Of a stretch of 64,000 nucleotides of DNA, positions 38,186-51,183 are shown in pieces. How positions within the stretch are numbered: the stretch's first letter is position 1; every line of letters begins with the position of its first letter. The position numbers were made by a program, and so were the translations under genes. Source of the DNA: Octopus bimaculoides (lineage: Eukaryota); assembly GCF_001194135.2 (NCBI RefSeq), contig NC_069005.1:6621182-6685181 (forward strand), given 5' to 3'. Under the pieces are notes generated by a model. The model made no database searches, was not told where the DNA came from, and saw only the letters and a program-made list of their open reading frames with translations.

Positions 38186-38622
38186 ATGTCTGCAAACAGC
38201 ATTGAGGATGAAAGCAGCGATTTTGTTGGCGCCTACAGAATAGGCATCAAAAGACCGCTACATTTTGTTTTTAAAATTGCTAACAGAAAAGACAGTCTCC
38301 ATTTTTTCCATCGCATTCTTGGAATGAAGGTAAGTTAGTAGTAATTGATTGTTGTTTTGCTCCCACCCCGGGTGAGTCCTAAATTGGGCCGTTCATACTA
38401 TGGTCATTTCTGTGTTTATAAGCTACTAGCATACCCGTGTCGTTAAAAATGCCGACAGTTTTATTAATGTAGGAAAATGGCACATAACACGATGGGAAAA
38501 ACCATTAATAAATGTCAACAATCTAACAAATATATGTACATACACAGAATTGAAGCACTTGAAGAATTAGATACGATTGTAATGTCTCAGTTGATAATAT
38601 CGCACACACAATGTATATTTGT

Positions 38623-38658
<36 letters not shown>

Positions 38659-38746
38659 CAGTATACATACATCTGGAAATATTTCAGTTTCCATCTACCT
38701 AATCTACTCACAAGGCTTTGGTCAGCCCTACAATATAATAAAAGAC

Positions 38747-38793
<47 letters not shown>

Positions 38794-38947
38794 NNNNNNN
38801 NNNNNNNNNNNNNNNNNNNNNNNNNNNNNNNNNNNNNNNNNNNNNNNNNNNNNNNNNNNNNNNNNNNNNNTATATATATATATATATATGTATGTATATA
38901 TATATATACACACATTTATTTATAGACATCATCTCCCCTCTCATTCT

Positions 38948-38999
<52 letters not shown>

Positions 39000-41900
39000 T
39001 GTATCATTATGATTTATTCTTCAGCAGACTCATGCAATATATCCTCCTCCTCATCATTTAACATCTGCCTTCCATGTTGGCATGGGTTGAATGGCTTGAC
39101 AGGAGCTAGCCAGGCAGAAGACTGCACCAGACTTCTGTGTCTCTGCAGTGAGTCAAACTACCTTGTAGAAGAATTTTTAGTTCGTATGATTGAACAGTTA
39201 TCTAATCAAAACCTTTCCAACCATGACTATCCTGTTTTTTTGTGTCACTTGAACTACATTGTCCAACATACCTCTTCACTCCTTAAAACTGTAGGATTTT
39301 ACTTAAAAGAGATTTAGCTGCTATTTCTTGCAGGTAGAGGCCCCTCATAATTCTTGCTGTTTTTCTCCTAAATTAGACTTTTTTTTTCTTTTTTTTGCTT
39401 CTGGCACAGTGTATCTAAAAGTACATTACTGAAAATGTAAAAAACACCACTCAAGTGTGATTGTTTCCAGTGCCGCCTGACTGGCTCCTGTGCCAGTGGC
39501 ATGTAAAAAGCACCATTCAAGCATGGTCAATGCCAGTGCCACTTGGCTGGGTTCTCATTCCTAAGGTATTTTCCTGATGTTATTATTATTATTATTCAGG
39601 TCACTACCTGGAATCAAACTCGGAATCTTGGGGTTAGTAACCCGTGGTCTTAACTAATACGCCATATGCCCATGGGCAATTAGGGCTTATAAATCTAATA
39701 TTTTCCTATCCTTCTTTAATACCAGTTCCCATATGCTATTCATATCTGCACTCAGTCTGCTTAGGAGGTTGTTGTGTCCTAGCATATGTGCTGCTTCTTT
39801 TAGTTTTCCTATTTTCCAGTGGTGTTCTCTGTCTATTATTTTAACTTCATCCCACAGGGCAAGATGGTCTCCGTTTTTCCATACACGATCAGCTATACCC
39901 AATTTATCAACATCTCCTTGTGTCACAGCTTTGCGATGTTCCTCTACCCTTATTTTGAGGAGGGGGCAGCATGTTAAACGTTGTGTTAACAACAAACAAG
40001 ATGTGGACAAATATCCATCAAATGGAAATAACGTACATAATTCCTCGTCTCTCAAATATAGAACTGTTTTAAACATATAATCCTGTTAGCTTTCATTTGT
40101 ATCAACTGAGGACACAAAACTTGTTTTAATCAGAAGTGCTGATTAATCTTGTTTCCCCCTTATCAGATCTTTTCCAGGCAGCAAACTACTTCATTTACAG
40201 GAAGTTTTTTTTTTGTTTTGTTTTTCATCTTTTATTACTTTTAAAAACAAAAACAAAAAAACATTTTGGTGGTGGTGGTGGTTGGAGAGGGAGGTCTTAA
40301 TTGCAAAGTGGAGAAACTGATTCTCTTCCCTCTCTCTCAATTTTAATGTAGTTTGTTAATACTTTTAGTATGGCATTTATTAGAAGTTTTACCTTCTAAA
40401 AATTAAAATTTTTAAACTGTGACCCGGGTTGAGCTGCTACTTTTCCCACTTCGGGAGGTCACAGTTCAGGTACTACAGACATCTGAGCCAACTGGCAGGA
40501 GACTTAGGGGTAGTCCTAGAGCGAGATGGTTGAATAATATCCATAGTCTCAGTTGGTCATGTTTGAGAGAACCCAGCCAGAACGTGTAATGGTGGTTGTT
40601 TCTGATAGGACCCTATAGAAGAAGCACGTAAGGACTCCTATTCTTGTGATGGGCAGGAGACCTAGGGGCAGGCCAAGAATGAGATGGTTGGGTAATATCC
40701 ATAGTCTCAGTTGGTCATGTTCCAGAATGAGGGTTGCTCCTGATAGGGTCCTATGGAGGAGGAAGGTTCATGAGGGCTCTACCTCCATGACCAATAAAGA
40801 AACCCTGGTGTAGACCAAGAAAGAGATGGTTGGATAATATCTGTCTCAGTTGGTCATGCTTGGGAATCCAGCTAAAAAGTGTAATGATGATTGCTTCTGA
40901 TAGAACCCTAAGAAGGGGGTGCTTGAGGACTCTACCCTTACAACTGGCAGGAGACCTAGGGATAGGCCAAGAATGAGATGGTTGGATAATGCCCTTAGTC
41001 TCAGTTGGTCACACTTGGGCATCCAATCAGAAAGTGTAATGACACTTGCTTTTGATAGAACCCTATGGAAAAGATATTGAGGACTCTACCCTCACACAGG
41101 CAGGAGATCTAGGGGCAGCCTGAGAATGAAATGGTTGGATAATATACAAATAATCAGTTGGTAACACACCCAGAAAGTGTAATGAGGGTTGCTTCTGATA
41201 GGACCCTATAGAGGAGGTACCTGAGGTCCCTGCTCACATGACTCTCCTAGGAATAGTGGGCAGGGAAGATGGATGGATGGTACCACTACATGTAGCTTAA
41301 TATGGTAATCCTGAGACTACTCAATAAAGGTTGACCTAGGGTTAAACAACAACCTCCCCCCCACCTCACTACCTCTCTCAGAAAATGTCATCTCCTTTGT
41401 AATGTAAGCAAATACTTAGTGTACATTGTAGAGTTTATCAATAATTATTGATTTCCAATATCAGCAAAAGGTCACGCAATTTGAGGGGGGTTTTTTTGTA
41501 GTTGATTATAGTGATACCAGCTCTTGGCTGGGACTGCATTTTATTAACATCCGAAGGATAAAATTACAGTTGACCTTAACATATCTTCTGCAGTCAGTGT
41601 TGTTGTTGTTGTAACATTACCTGTGCTCACCTCAGCATTACAAATCTTTGTGTCAGGTTTTCCCATCTCGTGTGTGAGTTTTCTGTCTGTTCCTTTATTG
41701 CTTCTTTTTAAATTTTGGAACTTAGAAATATTTGGGCCAGACATGGCTGACGTAACCCTTTAGCATTCAGATTATTCTGTAACATGCAATGCTTATTGAT
41801 TCACATTGTTTTGAATTAATCATGCATTGTCTTGTAGCTTTGAATTCCGATGATGTGATTGTTTAATTTTAGAATGACATTGTAAGGTAGGTGTGAGTGG

Positions 41901-44290
41901 CCAAATCTGGCAAGTTTGGACATAAAACAGGTAGAATATCTGGGCCAGATATGGCCAGCTAAACCCATTAGCATTCAGTTTACTCTATCAAATGTAATGC
42001 TTCTTAATCCACTTTGTTTTGAGTTAATCCTGTATTATCTCATAGCTTTGAGATTTCGGTGATGTGAGTCTTTTACTCTTTTACTTGTTTCAGTCATTTG
42101 ACTGCGGCCATGCTGGGGCACTGCCTTTTTTAGTCGAGTAAATCGACCCCAAGACTTATTCTTTGTAAGCCTAGTACTTATTCTATCGGTCTCTTTTTGC
42201 CGAACCGCTAAGTTACGGGGACATAAACACACCAGCCTCAGTTGTCAAGCGAAGTTGGGGGGACAAACACAGACACACAAACATATACATATATACGATG
42301 GGCTTCTTTCAGTTTCCATCTACCAAATCCACTCACAAGGCTTTGGTCGGCCCGAGGCTATAGTAGAAGACACTTGCCCAGAACTATGTGGCTGGTAAGC
42401 AAGCTACTTACTACACAGCCACCCCTGCACCTGATTGTTCGTTTTTAGAATGACATTGTGAGGTAGGTGTGAGAGGTTGCATCTAGCTAGTTTGAACATA
42501 AAACTGGTAGAAAATTTGGGCCAGATACTAAAGGGTTAAGTGTCAAGTCTCTCCAAAACTGTAATTTAATAAATTACATATTTATGGATTTCTAAAATTG
42601 AAGACTCGTTAATTATTCTTATCACAGGTGCTTCCAGCAGGTTCTCATTCACAATGACAATTCATTTCTTGGTAGTAAAATTCACCCCTACCCCCCCTCC
42701 ACTTGAGATTCAGTTTGTTCACCTGCAGTTGTCACCTTCTCACTTGACAGCAATAAATACTTCTCTTCCACCCTACGAAATGACAGCTGACATCTTCGCC
42801 CCCCCCCTCCTACCACCACCACCACCGCCACTTCATTACGCAGCACCTGCTATCACCAGAAGATTTTACACACCTAGACATAGACTGGCACTTGTACGGC
42901 TCACACACACACACACACACGTACTCATGGATACACATAAACACATGCATAGGCATGTACTTACATACACGTACATACACATCTCATTCATTCATTATTC
43001 AGCTGTTTGCTTTAAAACATATTGACAAATTTTTATTTGTTTTTCCTTCTTCCCCCTCTTGAACCTTTCATTGCCATCTCATCTGCACCTTTTTCTTCTC
43101 TTTCTTTCTTTCTTTCTTATTTGTTTGTGTGTACCTATGTCTGTTTATATAACTTGGTGTGTGTGTGTATATATGTATATATATATATTAGATAATAAAA
43201 TGTATGGTATACATCTGGTATACCGGTAAATCACGTTCATTTTCACAGTGTTTGTTGGGTGTTTGGTTTATGAGAGAGACAGAAAATGGAAAATACAATA
43301 ATGTTTATTGATCACTACAATTGTTTCGAGCCATCTAGCATCGACCCCCTCGCGAGTGGGATACTGAACAACTGGCTTAGGAGCATATGTCGGTGTAGAT
43401 GTGTCTCTTTAGGGGATTATAAGATATATCTCATCGAAATAACGACTGTTCTGCAAGTTTTCTTCTAAGTATGTGTATACAAAAGTAGCAAATTAAGGAA
43501 TACAGCTTCATTATTATAGAAGATCAATAAAAATAAGATGTAAAAAAAAACATACTCAATACAGCAAAAAAAAATGCATTAAATATAACTTGGCCGATGT
43601 GGATATATAAAAACCCTTGCTTAGGTTGTATGGTGCACGTACACTTGCTTGTACACACTTACATGAAGCTATAAGCATACGTACACACATGGTTAGGGGC
43701 ACATACACTCACACAGTGAATTAAATAGATATTTTGTGTTTATAAGAATGGGGAGGTTACAGTTAATTGAGCCATTCTGTGAGGTAAATTATGGTTATTA
43801 ATTGGTTAATGATTACTCTTACTCAAATTCTTTCTCATTGCATAATTTACAAATAAACAAGATATATGACCAAAGCCTTGTGAGTGGATTTGGTAGATGG
43901 AAACTGAAAGAAGCCTGTCACATATATATATATATATATGTTTGTCACCCCCACCATCTCAATACATGATACATTATAACGGAATTAAAACTATATAACA
44001 GCTAGAATTGTATCAGTATTACTTATTTTATTGTGTTTATGTATATATGAGGGGGTGTTTAAAAGTTCCTGGCTTTCAGTAAAACAAAATGCAGGAGGAT
44101 CAGTTAATTGTCATTATATTCAGCTTATTCCCCTTTCAGATATTCACACATTTATTGCAAGGGTCCTTCAGTTTTTCTAATCCCTGTAAAATAACTTGGA
44201 AGGTTGGATCTCCAAACAGGCCTTTCGTGGTACCCTTTAATACCAAGAACTTTTCAGAATTCCATTATGTGTGTGTGTATATATATATAT

Positions 44291-44375
<85 letters not shown>

Positions 44376-44646
44376 TGCATATATACACACACACAAGAGG
44401 GTGCTGAAAAGTCCCTGGCTTTGGGTAAAAGAAAATACAGGAGGATCAATTAATAATGGTTTTATTCAACATATTCCCCTCTCAGATTCACACACTTATT
44501 GCAGTGGCCCTTCAGTTTTTCTAAACCCTGTAAAAGAACTCAGAAGGTTGGGCCTCCAACCAGGCCTTTTGCGATACCTTTAAAGCCAGGAACTTTTCAG
44601 CCTCCACCTCCCCATTGTGGTGTGTGTATATATATATATATATATA

Positions 44647-44696
<50 letters not shown>

Positions 44697-47600
44697 TCAT
44701 TCTTGGTGTGCTTAATTTCAGGTGTTGCGTCATGAAGAATTTGTAGAAGGATGTAAAGCGTATTGTAATGGGTAACTATCAACTATTTTTTTATTTATGT
44801 GTCTCTGCATCCACTTATACCCTTAATCTAATCCTCTGACACAATCACTTGTAACACAGGATGTGACAGGGTGGACCCTTTCTAATTACTGTTACAGTTC
44901 AGCTAACGGACTTCCACATTGTTTCCGTCAACCCCTTTTTCACTTATAAAGGTATTAGATTGACCTGAGGCTATGATAAATTATGTGCGCTGAAGATGTC
45001 TCTTAATGGAATTGAACCTGGGGCCTCGTGATTCTGAAGTTTATCTATTAACCATCTTATCAAACCTGTCTGCACATACATAATTTTGAGCAGAGGCTTA
45101 CCTATGAATCTTTTTTCTATCTTTTACTTGTTTCAATCATTAGACCGTGGCCAAGTTGGAGCACTGCCTTAAAGAATTTTTAGTCAAAGCAATCAACACA
45201 AGAACATTTCTTTCTCTTTTAAGCCTGATGCTTATTCTATTGATCTCTCTTGCTGAACCACTATGTTAGGGGGACATAAACACACCAACATCGGTTGTCA
45301 AGCAATGGGGAGAGACGAACACAGACACAAAGACACATGTTTGTGTGGTTCTCTGTGTATTTATTCCTATGTATCAATCCCCCTCCCTATGGCAATTACA
45401 ATGCAATCTATTCAGTGCACTTAATCTGTTAGAAATAGTAGTCAAATCTCCCACAAATAACAACCTACCACCTAAAAAAAAAGAACAAACAAACAATAAA
45501 AAACATATCAGCTAATCCAATTCCTGATGCAATTTCTCCCAAAGTCTGCTGGCCAAGGCTAAACGTTTCACAGCAGTAGACCATCAACTTTGCTTGTCAA
45601 GCCATCCACCTCATCTACTTAAAATTCCTGTAATGTCAACTTTTGTTCTGTTATAGAACATTAAAATATAGCCGTTACATTGTCGTGTGGGTGTCAGTAT
45701 TCTGATGTCCCATTGTAGAGCCTAGACTGTCCTTTTGTAAACAATGCACGTGTCTTATTGGTGGGCATGGCTCAGTGATCAGCACATCAGGCTCACAATC
45801 ATGAGGTAGTGAGTTCGATTCTTGGACTGGGCTGTGTGATGTGTTCTTGAGCAAGACACTCTATTTCACATTGCTCCAGTTCACTCAGCTGTAGAAATGA
45901 GTTGCAACATCACTGGAGCCATGCTGTATCGGCCTCTTTGCCTTTTCCTTGGATAACATCAGTGGTGTGGAGATGGGAGGCTGGTCTTCCATAAACAACC
46001 TTGTGCCAAGGAGGGTAACTTTCTAGGTGCATTCCCATGGTCATTCATGACCGAAAGGGGGTCTTTACACTTACTTGTCCTATTCTAGGACTCAGCACTG
46101 TCCTGTTGTAGCCCCTAAACTGTCTTGTAAGCCCTACATTAGTCATGGGCAACTCTGCAGCCCACAGGACTTTCTGAATGGCATACCAAACTTAAAAAGC
46201 ACCCAGCACACACTGTAAAGTGGTTGGCACTTGGAAGGGCATTCAGCCTTAGAAGCCAAGCCAAATCTGCTATCACCCTCTTTGGTCAAACTGTCCAGTG
46301 CATGTCACCCTGGAAAATGGATGTTAAAGGAGGGTGATGACGATGATGATGATGATGTTTTAATTAGTGTGTCCTGCCTAATAATGGATATCTCATGTGG
46401 CCGACTTATAAGGAAAGGTTACCCGTGCCTGCCCCACACTCTCCTAATGTAGGCCCTGCACTCTCCTATTGAGGGTCCTACACCATCCCATTTCTGGACC
46501 CTATACTGTCCTAACATAGACCCTACACATTTCTATTGCAGCCCTTATGATGGCAGGTGGAGCAAAACTATGATTGGTTATGGCAGTGAGGACAATCACT
46601 TTGTAATGGAATTGACTTACAACTATAATATTGGTTCTTACCATCATGGAAATGATTTCTGGGTAAGTATCCTGATTCCTTGGTTGCTTTTTGTTTTGCT
46701 ACTGGGAATCGTTTGACCCTTTTTGCTCAAAGGGTTTCTTGGTTTCTTCATATTTTGGCAATAACTCTTTTACTTGTTTCAGTCATTTGACTGTGGCCAT
46801 GCTGGAGCACTGCCTTTAGTCGAGCAAATCGACCCCAGGACTTATTCTTTGGAAGCCTAGTACTTATTCTATCGGTCTCTTTTGCCGAACCACTAAGTTA
46901 CGGGAACATAAACACACCACCATCAGTTGTCAAGCGATGTTGAGGGGACAAACACACACACACACATACATACGATGGGCTTCTTTCAGTTTCCGTCTAC
47001 CAAATCCACTCACAAGGCTTTGGTTGGCCTGAGGCTATAGTAGAAGACACTTGCCTAAGGTGCCACTCAGTGGGACTGAACCCGGAACCATGTGGTTGGT
47101 AAGCAAGCTACTTACCACACAGCCACTCCTGCACCTAATGTAGGCCCTAATAAAAGGAAAAAGTAATAGCAAAACTATTTTCAACTTATAAGGTGTTTGT
47201 GTGTGTGAGAGAATGAGAGAGAGAGATAAAGAGAGGGTAATGACTGGCTTTCTATCCTGGGTCAGATGTGTATGTGTAGTGGGCCAAATTGTGGTGCCGC
47301 ATGGCTTAGTGGTTAGGGTGTTGGACTCATGATTGTAAGATTATGGTTTCGATTCTGGGACTGAGCGACATGTTGTAGTCTTGAGCAAAACACTTCATTT
47401 CATATTGCTCCAGTCCACTCAGCTAGCCAAACTGAGTAACCCTGCGATGGACCGGTGTCCTGTCCAAGTGGGGAAATTATATGCCATGAAACCAGGAAAC
47501 TTGCCCTTATGAGTCAGCATGACTCAAGAATGTAACTTTACTGGGCCAAATTCTCTGTAGTAGTTGGTTTTGGCTCACCAGATTTTGAACCAAAATCTCA

Positions 47601-50600
47601 CCTAATGTTGCCTTTGCCTCTCCTCTACCCAGCCCAGTCATAGAAAGCAGGTAATGAAAACCCTTGGCATTGCTATAAGTGTTAGAAATACAGCCAGTTA
47701 CAATCACCCTTGGCTATTTTCCACAGGGATATCTCTGTAAGACACCATGGACCCATATCTGAAAAATAACCGTCTGTGGTGCCAGCTTGGACAAGATCTT
47801 AATTTTTATAGAAGACCAGACTAGCAGTTACTCCTTTATGCTAATGATCTCCAAAGAAAAGACAAGGGCCAATTCAACTTGGGGCCAGTATTGTCATGGG
47901 AGCTGCTGTCAGAAGGTAAAAAATTAGAATGTTTACTGCAAGGCATCTCACCTAAGGTTCTGACAATTCTGTCAGACCCTGGCCTTAGACTGCTGGTACT
48001 TTATCTATAGACCAGTGGCACTTTATCTGTCAGCAGATAGTACTTTATGCTGGATGGTGGTACTTTATCTGTTGGATGGCAGTACTTCATTTGTTGGCTG
48101 GTGGTAATTTCTCTGTTAGGTGATTGTACTCTATGTGTTGACTGGTTGTACTCTGTGTCGGCTGGTTGTACTCTGTCGGCTGGTAGCATTGGACCGACCA
48201 AAGCCTTGTGAGTGGATTTGGTAGACAGAAACTGAAAAGAAGCCCGTCTTGTGTGTGTGTGTGTGTGTCTGTGTTTGTCTCCCCACCATTGATTGACAAC
48301 CAATGTTAGTGTGTTTGCGTCCCTGTAACTTAACGGTTCAGCAAAAGAGACTGATAAAGTAAGTACCAGGCTTACAAAGAATAAGTCCTGCGGTTGATTT
48401 TCTTTGACTAAAAGACGGTGCTCCAGCATGGCTACAGTCAAATGCCTGAAACAAATAAAAGGATTAAAAAAAACGTACACTTCTCCACACAAAGCTATCT
48501 AAATATAACTTTATATCTCACTATTTGTTTGTGTAACCTCCCTCAGGGCATTACCATCTTCTCCAACACCATCATGGACAATGTCCGCAAGAACAAATAC
48601 AGCTTCACTGAAGAAGATGGTGGCTTTGTCTTAAAATCACCCGATGGTTATAAGTTCCTCATCATGGAAAATAAAAGTGAAGGGGGTAAGTAGCTTGAAT
48701 TAATGTTTTTTTTTTATATGGGAGGAGGGTAGGGGATAGGTATGGCTGTGTGGTTAGCAAGTCTGCTTTGCAATCCCATGGCTTTGGGTTCAGTCCTCCA
48801 TGACTCTTTGGGAAAGTGTTTTTCTACCAGAGACTTGAGTTGACCACAGTCTTACAAGTGAAATTGGATTTTTCTTTTCTGAGCGCCCCTCCTACTGACC
48901 TTTTTTCTTTCCTTCGTTTCTGTCTCTCAATGTTTCCCCACTTTCTCTGTCTGATATCCCCCTTCACTCATCATTCCTTCAGTGTCTGGTTTCCCCTGCC
49001 CTTTCTCTTTGATTTCCACCCCCGCAACCCCTTCTCACCGTTCCCCCTCTCCCTGATGCCTTAATCACCTCACATACAAATAATCTTATCTCTTTTCCAG
49101 ATCCTGTCAAGAAAGTAACGCTATGTGTCTCAGACCTTGTTCGCTCTATTGGTAAGCACACCTCATTTTATATTTTGTTCTATCGAATGTATGATTATTT
49201 ATTCACATTGTTCTGAATTATGCATTATCGCCTAGCTAAGATTTCGATGATGCAATTGTCTATTTTTAGAATAATGTTGTAGGGTATGTGTGAGAGGCCA
49301 GATCTGATCAGTTTGAATACAAAAAAGGTTGACTGTTTTGGGCCAGATGTGATAGGTTTAAATGTTAAAGGATTGATCAGCATTGCCTTAAGTTGGCAAG
49401 GAAGCCTCTATGTGGTGGCTTAATCTACTTGACATAGTAGTCAAATCTCCCTCAATCACTTACTATACTCTTAGGAAAAAATGGCCACATTGAATTTCAG
49501 GTCATAAGTTCTTTGCACACAGGAAATAGATGGTGTGGTTATGTTTGGAATGCTTTTAATTAGAATCTGAATACCTTTAATTTGTTCTATCAGGACTGTT
49601 GTTGGTGTTGTTGCTGGCACTCCATCGATTACAACGTCGAGGGTTCCAGTTGATCTGATCAACGGAACAGCCTGCTCGTGAAATTAACGTGCAGGTGGCT
49701 GAGCACTCCACAGACACGTGTACCCTTAACGTAGTTCTCGGGGATATTCAGTGTGACAATGCTGACCCTTTGAATTACTGGCACAACAGAAACAGGAAGT
49801 AAGAGTGAGAGAAAGTTGTGGTGGAAGAGTACAGCAGGGTTCGCCACCATCCCCTTCTGGAGCCTTGTGGAGCTTTTAGGTGTTTTTGCTCAATAAACAT
49901 ACGTAAGCTCGCAAAGAATGATGCCAGTATGCTCCGTTGGATGTGTAATGTCAATGTGAATACCCGTCAGAGTGTAAGTATCTTGAGAGAAAAGCTGAAC
50001 ATTAGAAGCATCAGTTGTGGCGTGCAAGAGAGACGATTGCGCTGGTATGGACATGTGGTGAGAATGGAGGAGGATAGCTGTGTGAAAAAGTGCCACACCC
50101 TAACAGTTGAGGGAACCTGTGGAAGAGGTAGGCCCAGGAAGACCTGGGCTGAGGTGGTGAGGCAAGACCTTCGTACATTGGGCCTCACCGAGGTGATGAC
50201 TNNNNNNNNNNNNNNNNNNNNNNNNNNNNNNNNNNNNNNNNNNNNNNNNNNNNNNNNNNNNNNNNNNNNNNNNNNNNNNNNNNNNNNNNNNNNNNNNNNN
50301 NNNNNNNNNNNNNNNNNNNNNNNNNNNNNNNNNNNNNNNNNNNNNNNNNNNNNNNNNNNAAAGACACCATTTCGAGCGTGGCCGTTTTCGTGCGGGTGAC
50401 ATGTAAAAGCACCCACTACACTCTCTGAGTGGTTGGTGTTAGGAAGGGCATCCAGCTGTAGAAACTCTGCCAAATTAGACTGGAGCCTGGTGTTGCCATC
50501 CGGTTTCACCAGTCCTCAGTCAAATCGTCCAACCCATGCTAGCATGGAAAGCGGACGTTAAATGATGATAATGATGATGATGAAACACTCACAACGCCCG

Positions 50601-51146
50601 GTCTGGGAATCGAAACTGCGATCCTATGACTGCAAGTCTGCTGCCCTAACCACTGGGCCATTGCGCCTCCTCTCTATCAGGACTAACCTGCAGCTAAACA
50701 GCATCATAACCTATCCTTAAAATAACAACAAACTTCTTGAATTTGTTTTGTCTTGAAGTAAATACAGAAATTTGTCGTCCCCCACTTCACCCTGCCTCCT
50801 TCCTCATCACCGTCTCCCCTCTTTGTTTGACAGATTTCTGGAGTCGACTCGTTGGCATGGCAGTTTATTGTCAGTCTGAGAAGAAAGCAGAGTTAGGCTT
50901 TGACGACACATACGTAAGTTGTCTCTCTTTTTGTCTATTCAGGATGAACCAAAAGTAGGTAAACAGTAGGTTGAATAGGGTTTCCGTGAAGGTTATTATT
51001 ATAACCTGCATCGATAAAATTTTCAGTGCTTTGTATTGTATTACTATATACAATAAATATATAATAATTGTTTATTAAAATTTCATTGCATTAGTAAGTA
51101 ATCTCAAAATAAATATCATTTACTGTCCACGTACTTTTGGTTCAGC

Positions 51147-51183
<37 letters not shown>

